Position numbers and translations under genes: made by a program | The notes under the pieces: model-generated | What the model saw: the letters and a program-made list of their open reading frames with translations, nothing else | What the model was told of the DNA's origin: nothing | Database searches by the model: none | In this document: positions 46,844 through 55,080 of the stretch, piece after piece | Position numbering within the stretch: the stretch's first letter is position 1 | Layout of the letters: every line of letters starts with the position of its first letter | From: Desulfuromonadales bacterium | GTDB taxonomy: Bacteria; Desulfobacterota; Desulfuromonadia; Desulfuromonadales; SZUA-540 | DNA length: 64,000 bases | Direction of reading: 5' to 3' | Assembly: GCA_033549025.1 (NCBI GenBank) | Contig: JAWSUS010000001.1 | Coordinates: 75,590-139,589, forward strand

Positions 46844-48997
46844 TTAATTCCGTACGCGCTCGACCTTGTAGACGCCCTTGACCTTGCGAATCGCCGCCAT
46901 CACCCGATTCAGATGATCGAGATCCTGCACATCGACCTCAAAGGTGTTGACGCCCTTATGGTCCGGAGTCGAATGCACACTGGCGGTGATGATGTTTGCC
47001 TCGCAATTGCTGATAGCACCCGAGATACCGGCGAGAATCCCCTTCTGATCCTGACAGTAGGCCCGTATCTTGACCGGCCGGGTGGTCTTCTTCTTGCGAT
47101 CCCACTCCAGCACGACACGCCTTTCCGGATCCCCTTCCATGGCATGGGGGCAGTCTTCCGCATGCACGGTCACGCCCCGGCCTCGGGTAATGAAGCCGAT
47201 AACGGGGTCACCGGGCAGGGGATTGCAGCACTTGGCAAAGCGCACCAGGATGTCCTCGATACCGTCGATCTTCAGGGCGCTTGACGGCTTGCGCCGAATT
47301 TTCTCAAGAACTTTCTCGAAACGCCCCGGGGCCGGACGCTCTTCCCGAAGTTTCTCCTGGGGCACGACACGGCCGATCACCTGTCCGAGGGAAACCTTCC
47401 CATAACCGAGAGCGGCCAACAGATCATCCACCCGCTTAAAGCCCAGTTCCTCAACGGCATGGGCCATTTCCGGCGAAACGGCCACTTTCTTCAGCGACAA
47501 ACCATACTTGCGCAGCTCTTTTTCGAGAAGATCACGGCCGAGCTCAATACTCTTTTCGCGCTGCTCCGTTTTGACCCACTGCCGGATCTTGTTGCGCGCC
47601 TTGGAGGTGCGCACAAAGGCCAGCCAGTCCTTGCTCGGCGTCTGATTCTGCGAGGTGATAACCTCGACGATGTCCCCGTTATGGAGCGGTGTCTTCAGCG
47701 GAACCAGTTTACCGTTGACGCGCGAGCCCACACAATGGTGCCCGACATCGGTGTGTACACTGTAGGCGAAATCGACGGGCGTAGACCCCCGGGGGAGTTC
47801 CTTGACGTCGCCGTCGGGGGTGAAGACATACACCTCTTCCGGGAAAAGATCGATCTTGACCGTCGACATGAATTCGCGGCTGTCGTCCAGTTCCTGCTGC
47901 CATTCGAGCAGTTGGCGCAGCCAAGCGAATTTGCGGTCTTCGCGGGCGGCGGCCGGCGTACTGCCGCCTTCTTTATATTTCCAGTGGGCGGCGATCCCTT
48001 CCTCGGCGATGCGGTGCATCTCTTCGGTGCGGATCTGCACTTCCATGCGCTCTCCGAAAGGCCCCATAACCGTCGTGTGCAGCGACTGGTAGAGGTTCGC
48101 CTTGGGCATGGCGATATAGTCCTTGAATCGCCCGGGAATGGGCTTCCAGGTCGAATGGATGATGCCGAGCACCGCATAACAGTCCCTCACCGACTGCACG
48201 ATGATGCGAAAAGCGATGAGATCGTAAATCTGATCGAGATCGGTGCCCTGCCGCAGCATCTTGTTGTACACCGAGGCCAGATGCTTGGAACGGCCGCTCA
48301 CCTCGCCGGAAATCCCGTTTTCTTCCAGCTTGTTGCGAATAATCCCCTTGACGTCGTTAACGTATTTGACCCGCTCCTTGATGCGCTTGTCAATGCCGGC
48401 AGCCAGTTCCTTATAGGTCTTGGGCTCCAGATAGCGCAGGGACAGATCTTCCAGCTCGCTTTTGATCCAGCTGATCCCCAGGCGGTTGGCCAGCGGCACA
48501 TAGATATCCTTGGTTTCCTGGGCGATCAGGCGGCGCCTTGGCTCCGGCTGACGGTCAAGCGTCCGCATGTTGGCCAGCCGGTCAGCCAGTTTGACGAGGA
48601 TGACCCGGATATCCCGCGCCATGGCCAGCAGCATTTTGCGAAAATTCTCCGCCTGCCGTTCTTCATTGGTGCGGAAGGTCATTTTACCGATTTTGGTGAC
48701 GCCATCCACCAGGGTGGCCACTTCCTCACCAAACTCTTCCCGCAGCGTCTCCAGGGATACAAGAGAATTTTCGATGGTGTCATGCAGCAAGCCGGTCAGC
48801 ACCGTCGCTACATCCATGCGCAGTTGGGCCAAAATATGCCCGACCTCCAGGACATGGGTCAGGGAGGGGTCTCCGGACGGGCGCTTAACCCCCTGATGAA
48901 TGCGGGTGCTGTATTCGCAGCCCCGCCGCAGCAGGTCGAGATCGGCTCCGGGATGGTAGGCTTGTACTTTTTTGAGGATTTCTGCTGACTGGATCAT
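46844..48997 (-). CDS. rel: Long RelA/SpoT homologue, (p)ppGpp synthetase/hydrolase
   Basis: HD domain, synthetase motifs RFKDY/YQSLHT/EVQIRT, TGS domain, CCNPLPGD, C-terminal ACT. Confidence 0.96.
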   Translation of the reverse strand: MIQSAEILKKVQAYHPGADLDLLRRGCEYSTRIHQGVKRPSGDPSLTHVLEVGHILAQLRMDVATVLTGLLHDTIENSLVSLETLREEFGEEVATLVDGVTKIGKMTFRTNEERQAENFRKMLLAMARDIRVILVKLADRLANMRTLDRQPEPRRRLIAQETKDIYVPLANRLGISWIKSELEDLSLRYLEPKTYKELAAGIDKRIKERVKYVNDVKGIIRNKLEENGISGEVSGRSKHLASVYNKMLRQGTDLDQIYDLIAFRIIVQSVRDCYAVLGIIHSTWKPIPGRFKDYIAMPKANLYQSLHTTVMGPFGERMEVQIRTEEMHRIAEEGIAAHWKYKEGGSTPAAAREDRKFAWLRQLLEWQQELDDSREFMSTVKIDLFPEEVYVFTPDGDVKELPRGSTPVDFAYSVHTDVGHHCVGSRVNGKLVPLKTPLHNGDIVEVITSQNQTPSKDWLAFVRTSKARNKIRQWVKTEQREKSIELGRDLLEKELRKYGLSLKKVAVSPEMAHAVEELGFKRVDDLLAALGYGKVSLGQVIGRVVPQEKLREERPAPGRFEKVLEKIRRKPSSALKIDGIEDILVRFAKCCNPLPGDPVIGFITRGRGVTVHAEDCPHAMEGDPERRVVLEWDRKKKTTRPVKIRAYCQDQKGILAGISGAISNCEANIITASVHSTPDHKGVNTFEVDVQDLDHLNRVMAAIRKVKGVYKVERVRN

Positions 48998-49030
48998 GAC
49001 GACTCTACCCGGCTCGTGTTCGACATGCGA

Positions 49031-49055
49031 CCGGCAGGAAACCAGAGCCTGCCGG
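49031..49055. repeat. Palindrome CCGGCAGG-N9-CCTGCCGG (copy 2, after rpoZ), within a larger hairpin at 49001-49068
   Basis: Read directly. An outer stem GACTCTAC/GTAGAGTC encloses it. Confidence 0.7.
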
Positions 49056-49084
49056 TTCGCGTAGAGTCAGGAAGGAAGAAGGGG

Positions 49085-49294
49085 CTAGCTTTTCTTGCGG
49101 GTGGGAATTTCGTAATCCACCTTGCCGGCGGCAATCTCGCGCAAGGCCAAAACAATCTTCTTGTTGCGGGCCTTGTTCTCGATCAGGGAGGCGCCCCCCT
49201 TGTACAGCTGTTTCGAGCGCTTGGCCGCAATCATGACAAGCAAAAAGCGATTCGGGATTTCTTTAAGACAGTCTTCAACGGTAATACGTGCCAT
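49085..49294 (-). CDS. rpoZ: RNA polymerase omega subunit
   Basis: [32 protein letters not shown]; gmk-rpoZ-rel order. Confidence 0.95.
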   Translation of the reverse strand: MARITVEDCLKEIPNRFLLVMIAAKRSKQLYKGGASLIENKARNKKIVLALREIAAGKVDYEIPTRKKS

Positions 49295-49347
49295 GAATGT
49301 GTTCTCCTGAGACGAAATAATGGAATCGCCGACGATTCCACAGTTTA

Positions 49348-50019
49348 TTAGGTAAAATCCTGCGCCAGCATATCTTCGACCAATCCCGGATGCCGACGAA
49401 CCCGGCAACGCTCCGCCACGATGATGGCCTTCAGTTGCTCCAGGGCCGTGGCGAACTGATCGTTGATCACGACGAAGTCGTACAGCGGCACTTGGGCAAT
49501 TTCGTGGCGGGCATTAGCCAGACGCCGACGGATCACCTCTTCGCTGTCCGTCTGGCGTCCCTGCAGCCGTCGCATCAGTTCATCGAGACTCGGCGGCAGA
49601 ATAAAAATAAAAACGGCCTGCCGGCAGGTCTTGCGCAGTTGCTCAGCGCCCTGGCAATCGATATCGAGCAGGACATCCTCGCCCTGCGCCATCGCCTCCG
49701 CCAAAGTGGAAAGCGCCGTACCGTAGCGGTTGCCATGAACCTCGGCCCATTCAGCAAATTCTCCCCGCTCCACCATGGCGGCGAAGGTCTCGGCGGTCAC
49801 GAAATGATAGTCGATGCCGTCCACTTCCCCCGGCCGCATGGGGCGTGTCGTGTAGGAAACAGACTGCCGCAGCAAAGGGAAAAAGTCAATGACTTCCTTG
49901 CAGAGCGAGGTCTTTCCAGCCCCCGAAGGAGCGGAGATGACGAAGAGGCTGCCCGCACCTTCCGGTTCTTTTGGAGCATCCGACTTTGCGGCGTATTCTG
50001 CCGGATGCTCACTCGACAT
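49348..50019 (-). CDS. gmk: Guanylate kinase
   Basis: [35 protein letters not shown]. Confidence 0.97.
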   Translation of the reverse strand: MSSEHPAEYAAKSDAPKEPEGAGSLFVISAPSGAGKTSLCKEVIDFFPLLRQSVSYTTRPMRPGEVDGIDYHFVTAETFAAMVERGEFAEWAEVHGNRYGTALSTLAEAMAQGEDVLLDIDCQGAEQLRKTCRQAVFIFILPPSLDELMRRLQGRQTDSEEVIRRRLANARHEIAQVPLYDFVVINDQFATALEQLKAIIVAERCRVRRHPGLVEDMLAQDFT

Positions 50020-50887
50020 TTTGCACCTGCTCGCGCACCTTTTCCAGTTCGGCCTTGATGGCCACCACCTGCCGGGTTAACTCGGCGTCATTGGACTTGG
50101 AGCCCATCGTATTGACCTCACGGTTGAGCTCCTGCACCAGAAAGTCCATCTGACGGCCGACCGGTTCGTCGCTTTCGAAGAGGCTGCGAAACTGGCTCAG
50201 GTGACTGCGAAAGCGCACCAGTTCCTCACTGATGTCGCAGCGGTCGGCAAAGACGGCGACCTCCTGGGCCAAGCGCTGCTCATCCACGGCGACCTCACCA
50301 GCCAAACGGGTAATGCGCTCTTTCAGCTTGTTCTGCCATTCGGCCGCGACCTGGGGCGCCCTCTCCTCCACGGCCGCCAGCAGTTTCTCCACCACTTCCA
50401 GCCGCGCCTCCATGTCACGCAGGGTGGCCTCCCCTTCCCTTGCCCGCATCGCCTCCAGCGCATTCAGAGCCTGGGCTAAGGCGCTGTCCAGGCAGGCCTT
50501 CAGACTCTCCTGCGGCAGATCCCCCTCCTTCAGGGTGACTACCTCTTTCTGGGACACCAGCAGGGACAGGGGGATGCCGCCATCCACCGGAAATTCCGTG
50601 CGCAAATCCTCAAAGAGGGCCACATAGGCGGCGGCCAGCGGTCGGTTCAGGGCCGGCGCCATGACACCCCCGCCGTTGACTTCCTGCGTGATGAAGACAT
50701 CGATCTTGCCGCGTTTGAGCTTTTCGCTGACGCTCTTTTTTATCTCCGTCTCCAGCGACATCATCGAGCGCGGCGCCTTGATGGTCACATCCCCGTAGCG
50801 ATGATTGACCGATTTAATCTCCACGCTCAGGGATAAACCCTCCTGTTCGGCCTGGCCTTTGCCATAGCCGGTCATGCTTTTAATCAT
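50009..50887 (-). CDS. yicC: YicC/YloC-family endoribonuclease
   Basis: [45 protein letters not shown]. Start moved to ATG 50887. Confidence 0.93.
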   Translation of the reverse strand: MIKSMTGYGKGQAEQEGLSLSVEIKSVNHRYGDVTIKAPRSMMSLETEIKKSVSEKLKRGKIDVFITQEVNGGGVMAPALNRPLAAAYVALFEDLRTEFPVDGGIPLSLLVSQKEVVTLKEGDLPQESLKACLDSALAQALNALEAMRAREGEATLRDMEARLEVVEKLLAAVEERAPQVAAEWQNKLKERITRLAGEVAVDEQRLAQEVAVFADRCDISEELVRFRSHLSQFRSLFESDEPVGRQMDFLVQELNREVNTMGSKSNDAELTRQVVAIKAELEKVREQVQNVE

Positions 50888-50897
50888 CGTTGTATCC

Positions 50898-51935
50898 TCA
50901 GACGTTGTAATAATGGCGATACCAGCGCACGAACCGTTCCACACCCTCCTCAATGGAGGTCGACGGCTTGAAACCGACATCCTGTACCAAAGCCTCGACA
51001 TCGGCGAAGGTGGCCGGCACATCCCCAGGCTGTATGGGAAGCAGGTTCTTCTCCGCCTTTTTGCCGAGAGCTCTCTCCAGCACCTCGATCAGATGCAGCA
51101 GTTCCACCGGCTGGTTGTTGCCGATATTGTAAATCCGATAGGGCGCGCGACTCGTACCGGGATCGGGGCGATCGCTGTCCCAGTCGGGATTCGGCTGGGC
51201 AACGTGATCGGTCGTGCGCACCACCCCTTCGACGATATCGTCGACAAAGGTAAAGTCGCGCCGCATCTTCCCGTGGTTGTACACGTCGATAGGCCTTCCG
51301 GCCAAAATGGCCCGGGTAAAGAGAAAAAGAGCCATATCCGGCCGTCCCCAGGGGCCATACACGGTGAAGAAGCGCAGGCCGGTGCAGGGAAGCCCGTAGA
51401 GATGGGCGTAGGTATGGGCCATCAGCTCGTTGGCCTTTTTCGAGGCGGCGTAGAGGGAGACAGGGTGGTCGACGTTGTGATGCACCGAAAAGGGCATGCG
51501 GGTATTGGCGCCGTAGACAGACGACGACGAGGCGTACACCAGATGCCCCACCTGGCTGTGGCGACAGCCCTCTAGAATGTTCATGAAACCGACCAGGTTG
51601 CTGTCGACGTAGGCGTGGGGATTCTCAAGACTGTAGCGCACGCCGGCCTGGGCCGCCAGATGAATGACCCGATCGAAGCGCTCCTCGCCGAAAAGCGTCG
51701 CCATGGCGGCGCGGTCAGCGACATCCATGCGCAAAAAACGAAAGCCGGGACGCCCTTCGAGCTGGGCCAGACGATCCTTCTTCAGCTGCACTTCGTAATA
51801 GTCGTTGAGGTTGTCCAGACCGACGACCTCGTCCCCTCGCGCCAGCAAGGTCTGGCAGACATGGGAGCCGATAAAACCGGCGGCGCCGGTGACCAGAAAA
51901 CGCTTGCCTGATATTTTTTGTTCCGTAATTTTCAT
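50898..51935 (-). CDS. NAD-dependent epimerase, probable UDP-glucuronate 4-epimerase
   Basis: [47 protein letters not shown]; downstream of ugd. Start moved to ATG 51935. Confidence 0.9.
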   Translation of the reverse strand: MKITEQKISGKRFLVTGAAGFIGSHVCQTLLARGDEVVGLDNLNDYYEVQLKKDRLAQLEGRPGFRFLRMDVADRAAMATLFGEERFDRVIHLAAQAGVRYSLENPHAYVDSNLVGFMNILEGCRHSQVGHLVYASSSSVYGANTRMPFSVHHNVDHPVSLYAASKKANELMAHTYAHLYGLPCTGLRFFTVYGPWGRPDMALFLFTRAILAGRPIDVYNHGKMRRDFTFVDDIVEGVVRTTDHVAQPNPDWDSDRPDPGTSRAPYRIYNIGNNQPVELLHLIEVLERALGKKAEKNLLPIQPGDVPATFADVEALVQDVGFKPSTSIEEGVERFVRWYRHYYNV

Positions 51936-51936
51936 C

Positions 51937-53271
51937 TTAGCGCCGCCCGATGCCGCTGTATTCAAAACCGGCCTTTTTCACCACCACCGGTTCGTACTGG
52001 TTGCGGCCATCAAAGATAATGGCCTGCTTCATGGCCCGCTTCATGGCGTTGAAATCGGGGTGGCGGAAGGGCTTCCATTCCGTCACTAGCACCAGGGCAT
52101 CCACTTCTGCCAAGGCTTCGTACTGGTTTTTCACCAGCTCAAGCCGGCCCTTTTCAAACCAGTCGGCCGGCAGCACCTTGCGGGCCATGTCCATGGCCAC
52201 GGGGTCATAGGCTTTCACCTTGGCGCCGGCGCCGATGAGTTCATGCAGCAACACCTCGGCGGGAGCCTCCCGCATGTCGTCGGTCTCGGGCTTGAAGGCC
52301 AGGCCCCACAGGCCAAAGGTCAGGTGCGAGAGATCGCTGCCGAAACGCTCGGTGATCTTATCGAACAGCACATGCTTCTGCGCCTCGTTGCGGCTGTGAA
52401 CCGACCGCAGCACCATGGAATCGAAGTCGACCTCTTCCGCCATGCGGATCAGGGCGCGGACATCCTTGGGAAAGCAGGAACCGCCATAGCCGCAGCCGGG
52501 ATAGATGAAAGAATAACCGATGCGACTGTCAGAGCCGATCCCTCGCCGCACATTTTCCACATCGACTCCGAAGGCATCGCACAGGCGGGAGATTTCGTTG
52601 ATGAATGAGATCTTGGTGGCCAGCATGGCGTTGGCGGCATATTTGGTCATTTCGGCGTCACGCACCCCCATGAACAGGGTGCGTTCGTGATTGCGGTTAA
52701 AAGGCGCATAGAGCTCCCGCAACATTTCACTGGCCTGCTCGCCGTCCGTCCCGATAATAATGCGGTCGGGACGCATGAAATCGGCCACGGCCGAGCCTTC
52801 TTTGAGAAACTCGGGGTTACTGGCCACATCAAAGGGGATCGACACCCCGCGCACCTCCAGAGTCTCCCGGATGGCGGCAGCGACCTTGTCCGCCGTTCCC
52901 ACCGGCACCGTCGACTTGTCCACCACCACGCAATAGTCCTTCATATGGCGGCCGATCTCACGAGCGACGGCCAGCACATACTGCAGATCAGCCGAACCGT
53001 CCTCACCGGGAGGCGTGCCCACGGCGATAAAATAGACGGAAGAATCCGCCATGGCCTCGGCCAACTCGGTAGTGAACTGCAAACGCCCGTCACGAACGTT
53101 GCTCTCCACCAGATCGTCTAATCCCGGCTCATAAATGGGAATGATCCCCTGCCTCAAACGCTCAATCTTGTTTCTATCGACATCGACACAGGTGACCGTA
53201 TTGCCCATCTCAGCAAAACAGGCCCCGGTCACCAGCCCGACATAGCCGGTGCCAACCACGGTGATATGCAT
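51937..53271 (-). CDS. ugd: UDP-glucose 6-dehydrogenase
   Basis: [46 protein letters not shown]. Confidence 0.95.
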   Translation of the reverse strand: MHITVVGTGYVGLVTGACFAEMGNTVTCVDVDRNKIERLRQGIIPIYEPGLDDLVESNVRDGRLQFTTELAEAMADSSVYFIAVGTPPGEDGSADLQYVLAVAREIGRHMKDYCVVVDKSTVPVGTADKVAAAIRETLEVRGVSIPFDVASNPEFLKEGSAVADFMRPDRIIIGTDGEQASEMLRELYAPFNRNHERTLFMGVRDAEMTKYAANAMLATKISFINEISRLCDAFGVDVENVRRGIGSDSRIGYSFIYPGCGYGGSCFPKDVRALIRMAEEVDFDSMVLRSVHSRNEAQKHVLFDKITERFGSDLSHLTFGLWGLAFKPETDDMREAPAEVLLHELIGAGAKVKAYDPVAMDMARKVLPADWFEKGRLELVKNQYEALAEVDALVLVTEWKPFRHPDFNAMKRAMKQAIIFDGRNQYEPVVVKKAGFEYSGIGRR

Positions 53272-53295
53272 GATCTATATCCTTTCCGAAAATTT

Positions 53296-53323
53296 AAAAA
53301 GGGCAGAAGAAAATCTGCCCTTT
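53296..53323 (-). terminator. Terminator-like hairpin directly upstream of ugd
   Basis: On minus: AAAGGGCAGA-TTTTCT-TCTGCCC-TTTTT, preceded by a weak TTGGGT-N18-TAAGAA. Confidence 0.55.
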
Positions 53324-53371
53324 CTTACCACATTTCACTATAAAAACCCAAGACTTTGCTGAAAACCTTTT

Positions 53372-53480
53372 GCCACGAATAAGTTCAGATAAAAGCAAAT
53401 AAAATCATAAATCCATAAATGATTGTAGCCAAAGACAAAGGTTTTGCTTTCATTTGCAGTTATTTGCCGTCATTCGTGGC
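53372..53480. repeat. Inverted-repeat element A (~110 bp, arms of three 10-bp periodic units, GCCAC...GTGGC ends)
   Basis: Left arm gccacgaat|aagttcagat|aaaagcaaat; right arm (revcomp) gccacgaat|gacggcaaat|aactgcaaat. Complementarity extends to aaaacc...ggtttt (53362-53493). Confidence 0.8.
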
Positions 53481-54923
53481 TAAAAAGGGTTTTGCCTCCC
53501 CTAGCCAGACTTGCAGCGAAGGCAACGCTTCCTGCAGCTTCTCTTTCAGAGCCTGCCGGGCCGGTTCATCGCCATGCACCAGCACGACCTCGCGAGGAGG
53601 CCGCCGCATCCCGCGCACGAAACGCACCAGGTTCCCCTGATCGGCATGGGCCGAATAGCCGCTGATGGTATGCACCCGGGCACGGATGTCATGCCGCTGG
53701 CCGTCCAGAACCACGTAGCCATGGCCGGGGCCATATTGCTGAATGGCGCGGCCCGGCGTACCCTGGGCCTGATAGCCGACGAAAAGGACATCTGTACGCT
53801 CATCCCCGAGCAGCGCCTTGAGGTAATTGACAATGCGGCCGCCGGCGCACATGCCGCTGGCGGCGATCACAACACAGGGCCGAGCCGACTTTTTCAGGTA
53901 AGCGACCGTATGCAGATGATCTTCGTGGCTGTCGACGGTGGTCAGCTGCTCGAAGCAGAGGGGATGACGCCCCTGCGACAGACGCTTTTTCGCCTCCTGA
54001 TCCCAGTACGGTTTGAGTTGACGGTAGGCTTCAGTAAAGCGGGAGGCCAGCGGAGAATCGACGATGATCTCCAGCTCCTCCCAGGGGAGACCGCGAGCGG
54101 CATAGTCCTGCCGATGGCGATAGATCAGCTCTTCCAGCTCGTAAAGGAGTTCCTGAGTGCGCCCGATGCTGAAGGCCGGCACCAGAATAACGCCCCGATC
54201 CCGCAGGGCCAGATCGATCACTATCTTGAGGCGATCCCGCCGCCCGCGCCGGTCATCGTGCAGCCGGTCGCCGTAAGTGCTCTCCAATACAAGAATATCG
54301 GCACGATCAGGCGCTTTGGGGGCCGGCAGCAGCGGGGTATAGGGGGCACCGAGGTCACCGGAAAAGACCAGGCGTACAGGCACCGGGGACTTCGCAGGAC
54401 GGGCCGAACACTCCACATAGGCCGAGCCGAGGATGTGTCCCGCCGGCCGGAAGCGCACCTTGAGCGCGCTGGCGGTGCCGGTATCGACCTCGGTCCACTG
54501 TCCGCAAGGCACCGTCACAATCTGTTGCTTGAGCCGTCTGGCAAAGAGCTCCAACAGACGCCGGTCGCGGGTGAAACCCACTTTTACGGCATCTTCCAGT
54601 ACCAGCGGCAAGAGCAGGGCCGAAGGCTCCGTACACAGAATCGGCCCTTCAAAGCCGGCCGCCAGCAGATGGGGAATGCGGCCAACATGATCGATGTGCA
54701 CGTGGGTTACCACCAGGGCCCGAATGTGCCCGATGGGAAAGTCAATCTCCTGCCCATCCCGGCCAGAAGTCTGAAAAGGAGCGTCATCCCCCTGAAACAG
54801 GCCACAGTCCACCAGAATCGCCGCCTTGTCATCCAAGCGCAGCTCATGACAGGAGCCCGTTACACCGTTGGCAGCACCGTGATGAAGAATATGCGGATAA
54901 GTAGAATTCTCACGAGCTGCCAT
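53460..54923 (-). CDS. Metallo-beta-lactamase/beta-CASP family nuclease (Vibrio rjg-like)
   Basis: HHGAANGVTGSCHEL, VDCGLFQG, THVHIDHVG, GHILGS, FSGDLG, ESTYG, PAFSIGRTQE, YSAHAD, LVHG. Confidence 0.9.
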   Translation of the reverse strand: MAARENSTYPHILHHGAANGVTGSCHELRLDDKAAILVDCGLFQGDDAPFQTSGRDGQEIDFPIGHIRALVVTHVHIDHVGRIPHLLAAGFEGPILCTEPSALLLPLVLEDAVKVGFTRDRRLLELFARRLKQQIVTVPCGQWTEVDTGTASALKVRFRPAGHILGSAYVECSARPAKSPVPVRLVFSGDLGAPYTPLLPAPKAPDRADILVLESTYGDRLHDDRRGRRDRLKIVIDLALRDRGVILVPAFSIGRTQELLYELEELIYRHRQDYAARGLPWEELEIIVDSPLASRFTEAYRQLKPYWDQEAKKRLSQGRHPLCFEQLTTVDSHEDHLHTVAYLKKSARPCVVIAASGMCAGGRIVNYLKALLGDERTDVLFVGYQAQGTPGRAIQQYGPGHGYVVLDGQRHDIRARVHTISGYSAHADQGNLVRFVRGMRRPPREVVLVHGDEPARQALKEKLQEALPSLQVWLGEAKPFLATNDGK

Positions 54924-54956
54924 TCACCACCCTTTTCAATCGACAAATATTAAAAT

Positions 54957-55068
54957 CCACCACCAAGACACGGGAACACCAAGGAAAACCGCGAATCGAT
55001 GAAGAGACGGGTTATTGTCTGCCACACCCAAACCAGCCTTTCTTGGTGCCTTGGTGTCTTTGTGGTGG
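54957..55068. repeat. Inverted-repeat element B (112 bp, arms of three 8-bp periodic units, CCAC...GTGG ends)
   Basis: Left arm ccac|caccaaga|cacgggaa|caccaagg; right arm (revcomp) ccac|cacaaaga|caccaagg|caccaaga. Confidence 0.85.
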
Positions 55069-55080
55069 GCAAAAAAGACT

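Noticed and set aside
53372..55068. Elements A and B as CRISPR repeats, canonical attC sites or IS ends
   Set aside because: There is no repeat-spacer array, no clear RYYYAAC/GTTRRRY boxes, no transposase and no evident target-site duplication. A and B are not sequence copies of each other.
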